This document shows positions 9,048 to 17,015 of a stretch of 46,969 bases of DNA, piece after piece. The DNA lies in NCBI GenBank assembly GCA_016193065.1, contig JACPSX010000094.1:1-46969 (forward strand), read 5' to 3'. This DNA is from Candidatus Tectimicrobiota bacterium. Its GTDB lineage: Bacteria; JACPSX01. The notes beneath the pieces are model-generated. The model saw nothing but the letters and a program-made list of their open reading frames with translations. It ran no database searches and had not been told where the DNA came from. Within the stretch, counting starts at the first letter, position 1, and every line of letters begins with the position of its first letter. The position numbers and the translations under genes were made by a program.

Positions 9048-10306
9048 AGTACGTCATCGTCGGCAACTCGTTTGCCGCGGTCTTTGCGGTGGAAGCCATC
9101 CGCAAGGTGGACAATCAGGGTTCCATCCTGATCATCAGCGATGAGGCGCGGCATACCTACAGCCGGGCCATGATCCACGAATACCTGGCCGATCTCGTGG
9201 ACGACCGCTTCCTGGACCTGAGAAACCGGGACTTCTACGAACGTCTGGGGGTGGAGACCCTGCTGGGACAGGCGGTCACCCGGATCGAACCCGAGAAGAA
9301 ACTCGTGTGGACCGACGGCCGTTCGACCTCCTATGAAAAACTCCTGCTGGCTGTCGGGGGCAGTCCCATAGTCCCTCCGGGGATCGAAGGGCTCGATCAC
9401 TACGCGGACGTGTACCGCTTTACGACTTTCCGGGATTGTATTGAACTGCGCAAGGCGGCCGACCGGACCGACAGCGTCGTGGTTCTGGGGGGAGGGCTCA
9501 TCGGGCTGCAGTGTGCCGAGGGGTTGGCCCGGCTGGGGAAGAAAGTCCATGTGGTGGAGCTCATGTCTCACATCCTGCCCCTGGCCCTGGACGGGACTGC
9601 GGCGGCCATGGTGCGCCGGGAGATGGAAGCCGTTGGAGTTCGGTTCTATACCGAAGACACCGTGGCGGCCCTCAAGGGGAACCGGCGACAGATCCAGGGG
9701 GTGGTTCTCAAGAGCGGCAGCGAGATCGACTGCGGCGCCTTCGTTCTGGCCATCGGAGTCCGCCCCAACATGACCCTGACGAAAGGGACCTCGATCCGGG
9801 GGGACCGCGGAATCCTGGTCGACGAGCACATGGAGACCTCCGTTCCCGGCGTCTATGCCGCCGGCGACTGTGCCCAGGCCGTCGAGCGTCTGAGCGGCAA
9901 ACCCATGCCCATCCCGATCATCCCCGTGGCCTCCGAGCAGGGGGAAGTGGCGGGCTACAACATGGCGGGGGTGAGGCGCGCGTATCCAGGCGGGCTCAGT
10001 TTGAACGCCCTGCAGTTCGGAAGCCTGCCGATCATCTCCTACGGACAGGTCGGCAACGGGGACGGGGCCGAGGTAGTGCGCCTCCTGGATGAGCGCCGGG
10101 AGGTTTACAAGAAGGTGATCCTCAAGGGGGGGAAGATCGTGGGTGCCCTCTTTGTCCGGGACATTGGACGGGCCGGCTTGTTCCGCCACCTGATTCAAGA
10201 AGGGATCTCCGTGGAGCCCTTCAAAGACGTGCTGCTCGCGGAGGACTTCGGCTATGCCCACCTGCCCCGGGACCTGCGGGACCGGCTTTTCACAGTTCCC
10301 CAGTAG
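9044..10306 (+). CDS. FAD/NAD(P)-binding pyridine nucleotide-disulfide oxidoreductase (electron-input subunit of the GOGAT-like cluster)
   Basis: 420 aa. ATGA overlap with the previous gene. Motifs: VIVGNSFAAVFA, VVVLGGGLIGLQCAEGL, VYAAGDCAQ. Confidence 0.85.
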   Translation: MKYVIVGNSFAAVFAVEAIRKVDNQGSILIISDEARHTYSRAMIHEYLADLVDDRFLDLRNRDFYERLGVETLLGQAVTRIEPEKKLVWTDGRSTSYEKLLLAVGGSPIVPPGIEGLDHYADVYRFTTFRDCIELRKAADRTDSVVVLGGGLIGLQCAEGLARLGKKVHVVELMSHILPLALDGTAAAMVRREMEAVGVRFYTEDTVAALKGNRRQIQGVVLKSGSEIDCGAFVLAIGVRPNMTLTKGTSIRGDRGILVDEHMETSVPGVYAAGDCAQAVERLSGKPMPIPIIPVASEQGEVAGYNMAGVRRAYPGGLSLNALQFGSLPIISYGQVGNGDGAEVVRLLDERREVYKKVILKGGKIVGALFVRDIGRAGLFRHLIQEGISVEPFKDVLLAEDFGYAHLPRDLRDRLFTVPQ

Positions 10307-10316
10307 GGAGAAGATC

Positions 10317-11576
10317 ATGAACAGTGGATCACGGACATTTCCGCACGCCAGCATGATCAATACTTCCCTCTCCGCACCCAGAGGGTACCCGGGGGGAGAG
10401 AGTCAGGGTGAGGGGGAAGTCCCGCGCCGGAAATCCTTCGTCCGCAGCCCCTACGACGAAAAGGACCTCTCGGCCTGCGGTCTCATCGGATTCGTGAACC
10501 GGGACCGCAGACGGGAGAGCGGCGAGCGCATCATCCGCGCCATCGCCAACATGCACGACCGGGGAAACGGTCTGGGAGGAGGGTTTGCCGCCTACGGGAT
10601 CTACCCGGAGCGGGCGGATCTCTATGCCCTCCATGTAATGTACGATGATCCTCACGATGCCAAGCAGGTGGAAGAGTATTTGAAGCGGCAGGTTGTCGTG
10701 GAAGCTGCCGAGGAAATCCCCCTGTTCGAGAGTCGCCGCTTTTCCGATCACCCCTATTTCAAGCGCTACTTCGTCGACTTGAGGGAGCGCCTGAACGGCC
10801 ACGACAACGAGGGGGACTACCTGGTCGACACGGTCATGCACATCAACGTGAACTTCGAGCACGCCTTCGTCATGTCCAGCGGCAAGAACATGGGGACTTT
10901 CAAGGGGGTCGGCTTCCCGGAGGATCTGGGGGAGTTCTTCCGGCTCCCCGAGTACGAGGGGTATATCTGGACGGGCCACAGCCGTTTCCCCACGAATAGC
11001 CCGGGGTGGTGGGGCGGGGCTCATCCGTTCGCTCTCCTGGACTGGACCATCGTACACAACGGTGAGATTTCCTCCTACGGGATCAACATGCGCTACGTGA
11101 AGATGTTCGGCTACGAGTGCACGTTGATGACCGACACCGAGGTGGTCGCCTACCTCTTCGATCTCCTGGTGCGCCGGCACGGCTTGAGCTTCGAGGATGC
11201 CTGCAAGGTGCTGGCGCCCCCCTTCTGGAAGGACATCGATGTTCTTGAGGAGGAGGAACGCTTCACCCTGACTCATTTGCGTTCGGTCTATGCCTCGGCG
11301 GCTTTGAACGGTCCCTTCGCTTTCCTGTTGGGGTTTAGCGGGGGGATCATCGGCTTGAACGATCGGGTGAAGCTGAGGCCCCTGGTCGTGGGCCGGGGCG
11401 GAGAGAGCGTTTACCTGTCGAGCGAGGAGGCCGCCATTCGCACCATCTGCCCTGAGGTGGAAGAGATCTGGGCTCCGGTGGCAGGGGAGCCCGTCATTGT
11501 GCTTCTGGAATCCGTTGGAGAATCCCGGGATGGAAGAGGTAATCAGCGCCAAAGACCTGTACTACAGGGAGCTTAA
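10317..11576 (+). CDS. Class-II (Ntn) glutamine amidotransferase, GltB domain-1-like, with unusually long N-terminal propeptide
   Basis: ATG 10317 with GGGAGAAG RBS. The catalytic-type Cys in SACGLIGFV is 53 residues after the start. Motifs: RGNGLGGGFAAYG, HSRFPTNSPGWWGGAHPF, VHNGEISSYG. A REP copy lies inside the 5' coding part. Confidence 0.8.
   Translation: MNSGSRTFPHASMINTSLSAPRGYPGGESQGEGEVPRRKSFVRSPYDEKDLSACGLIGFVNRDRRRESGERIIRAIANMHDRGNGLGGGFAAYGIYPERADLYALHVMYDDPHDAKQVEEYLKRQVVVEAAEEIPLFESRRFSDHPYFKRYFVDLRERLNGHDNEGDYLVDTVMHINVNFEHAFVMSSGKNMGTFKGVGFPEDLGEFFRLPEYEGYIWTGHSRFPTNSPGWWGGAHPFALLDWTIVHNGEISSYGINMRYVKMFGYECTLMTDTEVVAYLFDLLVRRHGLSFEDACKVLAPPFWKDIDVLEEEERFTLTHLRSVYASAALNGPFAFLLGFSGGIIGLNDRVKLRPLVVGRGGESVYLSSEEAAIRTICPEVEEIWAPVAGEPVIVLLESVGESRDGRGNQRQRPVLQGA
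10363..10418. repeat. REP-like element copy embedded in the amidotransferase 5' coding region
   Basis: cttccctctccgcacccagagggtacccggggggagagagtcagggtgagggggaag. The 27-mer ccgcacccagagggtacccggggggag (10372-10398) is identical to 18968-18994. Confidence 0.8.
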
Positions 11577-12273
11577 CGCCCGGATCCGTCAGAAGGCCCG
11601 CGCCGGGGTTGAGCACATCCGCCTGACGGACGTGCAGGGGCACCGGTACATCGCCTGCGGGCTGCAGTTTAAGAACTTGCAACTGAGGGTGAGCGGCGTT
11701 CCCGGCGAGGACCTGGGGGCCTTCATGGACGGCCCCACGGTGGTGGTGGAAAACAACGCCCAGAACGGCGTCGGCAACACCATGAACGACGGCCGCATCC
11801 TGGTCCACGGCATGGCCGGAGATGTGGTGGGGTACGGCATGCGCGGCGGGCGCATCTACATCCGCGACGGCGCCGGCTACCGGGTCGGAATCCACATGAA
11901 GGGGTTCAAGGAAAAGCAGCCCATGCTGGTGATCGGCGGCCGGGCGGGAAAGTTCTTCGGGGAGTACATGGCCGGCGGCTACTTGATCCTGCTGGGCGCC
12001 ACGGGCGGGTCTACAGGCCCGGTGGTCGGGGACTATTGCGCCACCGGCATGCACGGCGGGACGATCTTTATTCGCGGTAAGGTGGAGGAGTACAAGCTCG
12101 GAAAGGAAGTGAAGGCCTTCCCTCTGACCCCGGAGGATGAGAGCTTCCTGCGCCCCATCCTGGTGGATTTTCTGGAAAGCTTCGCTCTGGACGTGAATAT
12201 CTTTGACTTTGATTCCTACCAAAAGATCGTCCCGGTCTCGACCCGCCCTTACGGCAAGCTCTACGCCTATTGA
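11530..12273 (+). CDS. GXGXG-motif protein (GltB C-terminal domain-3-like subunit)
   Basis: ATG 11530 (MEEVISAK, GGAGA RBS). Motif: GNTMNDGRILVHGMAGDVVGYGMRGGRIYIRDGAGYRVG. Overlaps the previous gene by 47 nt. Confidence 0.85.
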   Translation: MEEVISAKDLYYRELNARIRQKARAGVEHIRLTDVQGHRYIACGLQFKNLQLRVSGVPGEDLGAFMDGPTVVVENNAQNGVGNTMNDGRILVHGMAGDVVGYGMRGGRIYIRDGAGYRVGIHMKGFKEKQPMLVIGGRAGKFFGEYMAGGYLILLGATGGSTGPVVGDYCATGMHGGTIFIRGKVEEYKLGKEVKAFPLTPEDESFLRPILVDFLESFALDVNIFDFDSYQKIVPVSTRPYGKLYAY

Positions 12274-12284
12274 TCCCGACCCGA

Positions 12285-12468
12285 CTCCCTTTCCTCTCCC
12301 CCTCAGGAGACTGTGTCGCAATCCGCCGTTCGCCCTTCGACAAGTCTCAGGACGAACGGGTAAGTGGTTGGATTTCCGTGTGTCGTCGTCCGTTCGTGGT
12401 GAGCCTGTCGAACCATGAACGGACTTATGACACAGTCTCCTCAGGAGGAGAGGATGAAGGTGAGGGGG
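12285..12468. repeat. Composite nested palindrome: REP-type outer stem enclosing two CCGTTCG hairpins
   Basis: The outer arms are cctctccccctcaggagactgtgtc (12293-12317) and gacacagtctcctcaggaggagagg (12429-12453). The inner hairpins are at 12326-12359 and 12390-12422. A ggtgaggggg tail ends at 12468. The element lies between convergent gene ends. Confidence 0.8.
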
Positions 12469-12533
12469 ATGTCGAGCGTGTCAAAGTGCTTAGGGCTTTA
12501 GTTTCGTAGTTCTCAATAGTTGGAAATAGCGCG

Positions 12534-13728
12534 TCAGGAGACAAGACCGCTACCGGTCATCTCCTCGGGTGGATCGCCGCCTGCCATCTGCTGCGCCTCG
12601 ATGAGACGGCGCGCCTCGTCGCGCAGCGCGGGTAACCGAACGGCGAACAGCACCCCGCGAGTACACGGCCATCACCCTGCCGCGAAGCTGATCGGGCACC
12701 ATGACTTGGATGAGCGTGTTGGAGGCCGCCATCTCCACGATCATCGAGAAGCCGACCGGCAGAAGCAGCAGGGCGGAGAGCCAGAACGACCGCGACAGGG
12801 AGAACAAAATGAGGCTCACCCCGAAGCCTGCGCACGAGTACCCGACCCAGCTCCCGAGCCCGCGCACGCCCAGGCGGGCGGCCAGAGCCAGCGCGCCGAT
12901 GAGCGCTCCGATCCCTGAGGAGCCCATCAGGAGCCCGAGCCCTCTGGGGCCAGCGTGCAGGATCTTGTCGGCGAAAATCGGCATCAGGACCGTGTGGGGC
13001 ATTCCCATCAGGCTGACGAGGCCCAGGAGGAGAAGTAGATCGCGGATCGGGGCGGTCTTTCCGGTGAAGCGGAAGCCCTCGATGACGTTGGCAAGCGCCG
13101 ATCCGAGGCGGGGTCGAGCCACCGGAGGCCTGACCTTCATGAGCAAGAACCCGGCGATTACGGCGATGTAGCACACCGCGTTGGCGAGGAAGCACCACCC
13201 CTCCCCGACGGTAGCGACGAGTACCCCCGCCACCGCCGGTCCGACGGTGCGCGCGCCGTTGAACATCGCGGAGTTCAGGGCAATGGCGTTCATCAGGTCG
13301 TCTCTGCTCACAATTTCGGCAATGAAGACCTGCCGGGCAGGAATGTCAAATGCACTGATGACTCCGAAGAGAGCCGCGAGCACGAAGACGTGCCAGACCT
13401 GGACGGTCCCTGCCAGAGTCAGCCCGGCCAGCAGAAAGGCGAGTACCATTCCCGCCGCCTGCATGGTGACGAGAATTCGGTGTGGACTGTATCTGTCGGC
13501 AACCATCCCGCCCAGCGGTGCCAGCAGGAAGACCGGAAACTGGCTCGTGAACCCGACCAAACCCAGGAGCGTCGGGGAGTCCGTAAGACGGTAGACCAGC
13601 CAGGACTGCGCGACCAATTGCATCCAGACCCCGGTCATTGAGATCAACTGGCCGCCGAAGAAGAGCCGGAAGTTGCGGTGCCTGAACGCCCGCAAGATGG
13701 GAGAAAACTTGGATCCTAGCGGACCCAC
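12534..13728 (-). pseudogene. MFS transporter (MFS_3/EntS-like), apparently disrupted by a frame-shifting internal deletion near the 3' end
   Basis: Ten TM segments read normally up to ...VPDQLRGRVMAVYS, then the frame gives Arg-rich nonsense (ORF-track end 12550). The +1 frame continues GVLFAVRLPALRDEARRLIEAQQ... to a TGA at 12534-12536, which looks like the family's normal C-terminal tail. TM11-12 (about 35-40 aa) appear to be missing. Confidence 0.6.
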
Positions 13729-13905
13729 GGTTCAGCAGCCTGTGTCATTTCGCCTGACCCTTATCCGCAAATAAAAATGGTGCCCAATCCCGCCTTTGCC
13801 ACGGCTGAAGCTAGCAACCCTGCGCTAGGCCGTCAAGGGCAATCTCTCCTCCCTTCATTCCCCGGTGAGTTTCTCCCTGCAGCGTGCCCCCTGTCCCCCT
13901 TTGCA

Positions 13906-13935
13906 TTGACAATCAGAGCAGCCCGGGACTATGAT
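13906..13935 (+). promoter_or_regulatory. Sigma70-like promoter for the methyltransferase gene
   Basis: TTGACA at 13906-13911, an 18-nt spacer, then TATGAT at 13930-13935. Confidence 0.5.
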
Positions 13936-13999
13936 CTGGCTGCGCTATCCCGTGTTCACATCTCGGACAAATTCTCCGACCGCAGGGCAGGTCCGTACC

Positions 14000-14647
14000 A
14001 TGACAGAGCGCGAGCATTACATTCCGGCATTCGGCCACAGGCTGTTGACACCGTTCTATGATCGCTTCATCCGGTTGGCGATCCGGGAAGAAAAGGTCAA
14101 ACGCGCGTTTCTCCGCGCGGCGCGAATCGAGTCCGGCCACAAGGTCCTCGATCTGGGGTGTGGGACGGGCACCTTGGCGATCATGCTCAAGCAACTCCAC
14201 CCGAATGCGCAGGTAACCGGCCTGGATGGAGATCGCGGAGTTCTGGAGATCGCAAGGAAGAAAGGGGCCCGTGCCGGCGTAGACATCCAGTGGGAGGAAG
14301 GCGTCGCCTACAGTCTCCCCTACGTCGGGGGAACCTTCGACAGAGTTCTTTCGACCTTCGTCTTTCATCACATGGGGACCCCCCAGAAGATGGATGCCAT
14401 AAAGGAAGTTCATCGGGTTCTGCGTGCCGGAGGGGAATTTCATCTGCTGGACCTCGGCAAGCCGAAAGGACTGTATGCGAAGCTTGTTTCCCTCCTCCTA
14501 TCCCGTCTGGAACGAGCGGCAGATCACATCAAGGGCCGTCTCCCTGACTACGTGCGGGAGGGGGGCTTTGCGGAAGTCCACGAACCGATGTTCTTTCAGG
14601 TGCTGGTCGGCACCGTCCGGGGCATTGCCGGCACCAAACCGATGTGA
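14000..14647 (+). CDS. Class I SAM-dependent methyltransferase
   Basis: ATG 14000 chosen because the track start 13931 lies inside the -10 box. Motif I VLDLGCGTGTLA; post-I LDGD; FDRVLSTFVFHHM. Confidence 0.8.
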   Translation: MTEREHYIPAFGHRLLTPFYDRFIRLAIREEKVKRAFLRAARIESGHKVLDLGCGTGTLAIMLKQLHPNAQVTGLDGDRGVLEIARKKGARAGVDIQWEEGVAYSLPYVGGTFDRVLSTFVFHHMGTPQKMDAIKEVHRVLRAGGEFHLLDLGKPKGLYAKLVSLLLSRLERAADHIKGRLPDYVREGGFAEVHEPMFFQVLVGTVRGIAGTKPM

Positions 14648-14659
14648 ATGGGGCTGCCC
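14606..14659 (+). repeat. Direct repeat copy 1 (54 bp; last 13 codons, stop and 12 nt of the methyltransferase gene)
   Basis: gtcggcaccgtccggggcattgccggcaccaaaccgatgtgaatggggctgccc is identical base for base to 15466-15519 (offset 860 bp). Confidence 0.95.
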
Positions 14660-14924
14660 GAAGGCCCGCTGGGACGGACACGCCGTTGTCCCACCCCATC
14701 ACCATGCAGCATCCCTTTCCAACGACTTGGGCGTTCCGCCACTGACCACGGACAAACAATGCAGTGAAGGCCGCAAAACATTGGAACTTGCGCGTCTTTT
14801 GAGGGAAAATGGAAACCGCGTGTCTTTTGGCACGGGGAGGCAAAGCCAGGGAACTTCCTATATAATCCATAGTTGGAGGGTGGGGGGGCCAGTGGCGTAC
14901 TCAGATGGGAGGGAGTAAACGATC

Positions 14925-15170
14925 ATGGCCACATCGGCAGAAGATTTGTACCAGAAAGCATTGGGCCTTAGCGAGGAGGAAAGAGCAGCTCTTGCGGCGC
15001 GACTCATCGAAAGCCTTGATACGGAGGCTGAGGAAGGCGTTGAGGCCGCATGGTTGGCCGAGGTCGAACGTCGCATGGAGGAGCTCGATTCCGGCAAGGT
15101 TCAGAGCATTCCCTGGGAAGATGTGCGAGCACGTCTTTTTGGGAAACTGAATGCCCCCGATCAAGGTTAG
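14925..15170 (+). CDS. Addiction-module antitoxin (putative addiction module component family, ParE partner)
   Basis: 81 aa: SAEDLYQKALGLSEEERAALAARLIESLD...AWLAEVERRMEELDSGKVQSIPWEDV. GGGAGGGA RBS. Overlaps the toxin gene by 20 nt. Confidence 0.8.
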   Translation: MATSAEDLYQKALGLSEEERAALAARLIESLDTEAEEGVEAAWLAEVERRMEELDSGKVQSIPWEDVRARLFGKLNAPDQG

Positions 15171-15447
15171 GTTTCATCCGGCTGCGGCTGCGGAGGTGGA
15201 GACCGCCCGGCAATGGTATGCCGAGCGCAGTCCCTTGGCCGCGCGGGCTTTTCTTGCTGAGATGGATCTCTCTGTTGAACGGGTTCGGGGTGCACCGCAG
15301 CGATGGCCGCGTTATGTCAAAAGGACGCGTCGATATATGTTACCTCGGTTTCCCTTCAGTGTGATTTATCGGGTGCAAGGGCAGATGATCGAAGTGGTTG
15401 CGGTGGCTCATCAACGACGGAAACCTGGCTATTGGCAATCGCGTTGA
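15151..15447 (+). CDS. parE: RelE/ParE-family type II toxin
   Basis: 98 aa: VRFHPAAAAEVETARQWYAERSPLAARAFLAEMDLSVERV...FPFSVIYRVQGQMIEVVAVAHQRRKPGYW. Confidence 0.85.
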   Translation: MPPIKVRFHPAAAAEVETARQWYAERSPLAARAFLAEMDLSVERVRGAPQRWPRYVKRTRRYMLPRFPFSVIYRVQGQMIEVVAVAHQRRKPGYWQSR

Positions 15448-15465
15448 ATTGAATGAACTCAGGTC

Positions 15466-15519
15466 GTCGGCACCGTCCGGGGCATTGCCGGCACCAAACC
15501 GATGTGAATGGGGCTGCCC
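15466..15519 (+). repeat. Direct repeat copy 2 (54 bp), 19 nt after the ParE stop
   Basis: Identical to 14606-14659. The about 35 nt that follow each copy are related but diverged. Confidence 0.95.
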
Positions 15520-15633
15520 AAAAATTCGCCGGGTCGGATGTGGCTGTCCTCCCACCCTGCCGCCATTTTTCTTGACGCTCGCACCATTCCGGGTTGCGGC
15601 CTTGGCATCCTCCCACCGCACTGCACAATTTTC

Positions 15634-15662
15634 TTGAATGTATGCACAGGTATGCATATACT
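15634..15662 (+). promoter_or_regulatory. Sigma70-like promoter with GTATGCA direct/inverted repeats (candidate BrnA operator)
   Basis: TTGAAT at 15634-15639, a 17-nt spacer gtatgcacaggtatgca, then TATACT at 15657-15662. It ends 7 nt before the brnT ATG region. An upstream related module with TTGACG is at 15547-15577. Confidence 0.5.
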
Positions 15663-15668
15663 TGACTT

Positions 15669-15932
15669 ATGGGATTCGAATGGGACATCCGGAAGGCTGC
15701 CTCGAATCTGAGAAAACACGGTGTAGATTTCGCAGATGCAGCGGCAGCGTTCAGCGACGAGTCGGCTGTCACCATTCCGGACGAGTACCCGGAAGAGGAA
15801 CACTTCGTCACTATGGGGATGGACGCCTTGGGTCGACTTCTTGTTGTGACCTATACCTGGCGTGAAGACCGCATACGGATCATCTCTGCCCGGAGAGCCA
15901 CCCCAAGAGAGCGCAAGCAATATGAGGACTAG
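15669..15932 (+). CDS. brnT: BrnT-family (DUF497) toxin
   Basis: 87 aa: FEWDIRKAASNLRKHGVDFADAAAAFSDE...LLVVTYTWREDRIRIISARRATPRERKQY. Confidence 0.88.
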   Translation: MGFEWDIRKAASNLRKHGVDFADAAAAFSDESAVTIPDEYPEEEHFVTMGMDALGRLLVVTYTWREDRIRIISARRATPRERKQYED

Positions 15933-15935
15933 CCC

Positions 15936-16205
15936 ATGAAGAAGGAATACGATTTCAGCAAGGGAAAGAGAGGCCCGGTCATTAAAGTTCCTCCTGGAAA
16001 GACGCGGATCACGATCCGGATTGATGAGGATATTCTCGAGTGGTTCCGGGAGCAGGTCCATGCTGCCGGTGGGGGCAACTATCAGACCTTGATCAACAGG
16101 GCACTGCGGGATTACATGACGACGCGGAGTGAGGCTCTGGAGGAAACTCTGAGAAGGGTGATACGGGAAGAGGTGCCGAGGTACGGCAAGAAAGCTAGTC
16201 GATAG
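15936..16205 (+). CDS. brnA: BrnA-family antitoxin
   Basis: 89 aa: EYDFSKGKRGP...ITIRIDEDILEWFREQVHAAGGGNYQTLINRALRDYM. Starts 3 nt after brnT. Confidence 0.85.
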   Translation: MKKEYDFSKGKRGPVIKVPPGKTRITIRIDEDILEWFREQVHAAGGGNYQTLINRALRDYMTTRSEALEETLRRVIREEVPRYGKKASR

Positions 16206-16215
16206 TAGCCGGCCG

Positions 16216-16365
16216 CTATGCAGCCGGAAGGGGCCGAAGGTCTGATTTCTTGAGAGGGGGGAGGCCGAGTTCTCGAAGAACACGGTTGAATGCGGCGATG
16301 GTTAGCTTGCTTGGTGCTGTAATCTCAATGCCGATGGGCTTCCCGCTCCGGCTGAATTCAATCAC
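16216..16365 (-). pseudogene. DUF2283-like C-terminal fragment (remnant)
   Basis: Own translation: (V)IEFSRSGKPIGIEITAPSKLTIAAFNRVLRELGLPPLKKSDLRPLPAA*. Only the C-terminal half of the fold is present and there is no ATG. It abuts and overlaps the orphan antitoxin's tail. Confidence 0.35.
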
Positions 16366-16639
16366 TGGGGGGCAACGCCCCGGGTTCTGAAACTTTTATG
16401 CCCGGGTCGCGGAACCATTCACTCAAATTCACCTTTTCGCAACCTTCCTCGATCGCTTGCATCATTGTCCGCAAATCATCCGCGTCGATGGCTCCTGCGA
16501 AGGGCAGAAGCTCCTTGCCAGGTTTGCCAGGGGGGAGTGGTGTTGTGAGGCTGCGGGCAAAATCCAAAACTTGCTTTTGTTGCTCGGAAGCCAGCCTGTC
16601 AAGCTGATCGAGAATCTCTTTCTTAAGCAATGGATTCAT
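16358..16639 (-). CDS. Orphan type II antitoxin (VapB/DUF2281-like, usually paired with a PIN toxin)
   Basis: 93 aa: KKEILDQLDRLASEQQKQVLDFARSL...GKELLPFAGAIDADDLRTMMQAIEEGCEKVNLSEW. Homologues normally stop right after ..EW. Here the frame reads on for 20 aa and no toxin gene follows. Confidence 0.6.
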   Translation of the reverse strand: MNPLLKKEILDQLDRLASEQQKQVLDFARSLTTPLPPGKPGKELLPFAGAIDADDLRTMMQAIEEGCEKVNLSEWFRDPGIKVSEPGALPPSD

Positions 16640-16800
16640 TGCACGATCTCCCTGGCAAGTTTTTCCTGGCCCAATTGCTCGTTGGGTCCGGCTATGAAAT
16701 TCGCTGGTTTGCCAGTACAGCTGAGCTAAATGTTACACTAATCGGGGGTGGATATCCACCCGGCGCGTGCCCAGGGTACGGTCTCGACCCCACAGTTCGG

Positions 16801-16985
16801 TTATCCCAGGGTCTCCAGGAGCTTGCCGTAGCCGGTGATCTTCTCGGGGATGCCTAGGGTCTTCAGACCCCACCAGGCCATGGACTGGATGCTGGCGGCG
16901 CAGGCGCCCGTGTCCTCCTTGATGGCCCGCAGGTTTTCCCAACACGGCCCAGCGCCCGCAGGGGAGGTAGATTCCCTGAAACATC
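16801..16985 (-). pseudogene. Displaced, frameshifted 3'-end copy of the Asp/Glu-racemase-family gene (paralogous to 17559-17745)
   Basis: Encodes ..GIYLPCGRWAVLG then, after a 1-nt insertion, ..ENLRAIKEDTGACAASIQSMAWWGLKTLGIPEKITGYGKLLETLG*. Compare the intact ..GIYLPCGRWAVVGNLKAIEEDTGACAISSIQSMAWWGLKTLGIREKITGYGKLLETLGS*. Confidence 0.8.
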
Positions 16986-17015
16986 TGAAAAACTCGGAGA
17001 AACCCATAATCAGTC

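Noticed and set aside
8954-10360. 468-aa minus-strand ORF opposite the ferredoxin/FAD-oxidoreductase genes
   Set aside because: It is the antisense shadow of well-supported plus-strand genes in high-GC DNA. Its composition is Arg/Pro/Gly/His-rich with no recognisable motif and no RBS. The same reasoning removes 10329-11552(-), 7494-8375(-) and 11494-12321(-).
15547-15638. Imperfect ~30-nt direct repeat (tcctcccacc..ttttcttga) giving two promoter-like modules upstream of brnT
   Set aside because: It is real but short and imperfect. It is most simply a local duplication of the promoter region, so it is noted within the brnTA promoter feature and not raised as a separate finding.
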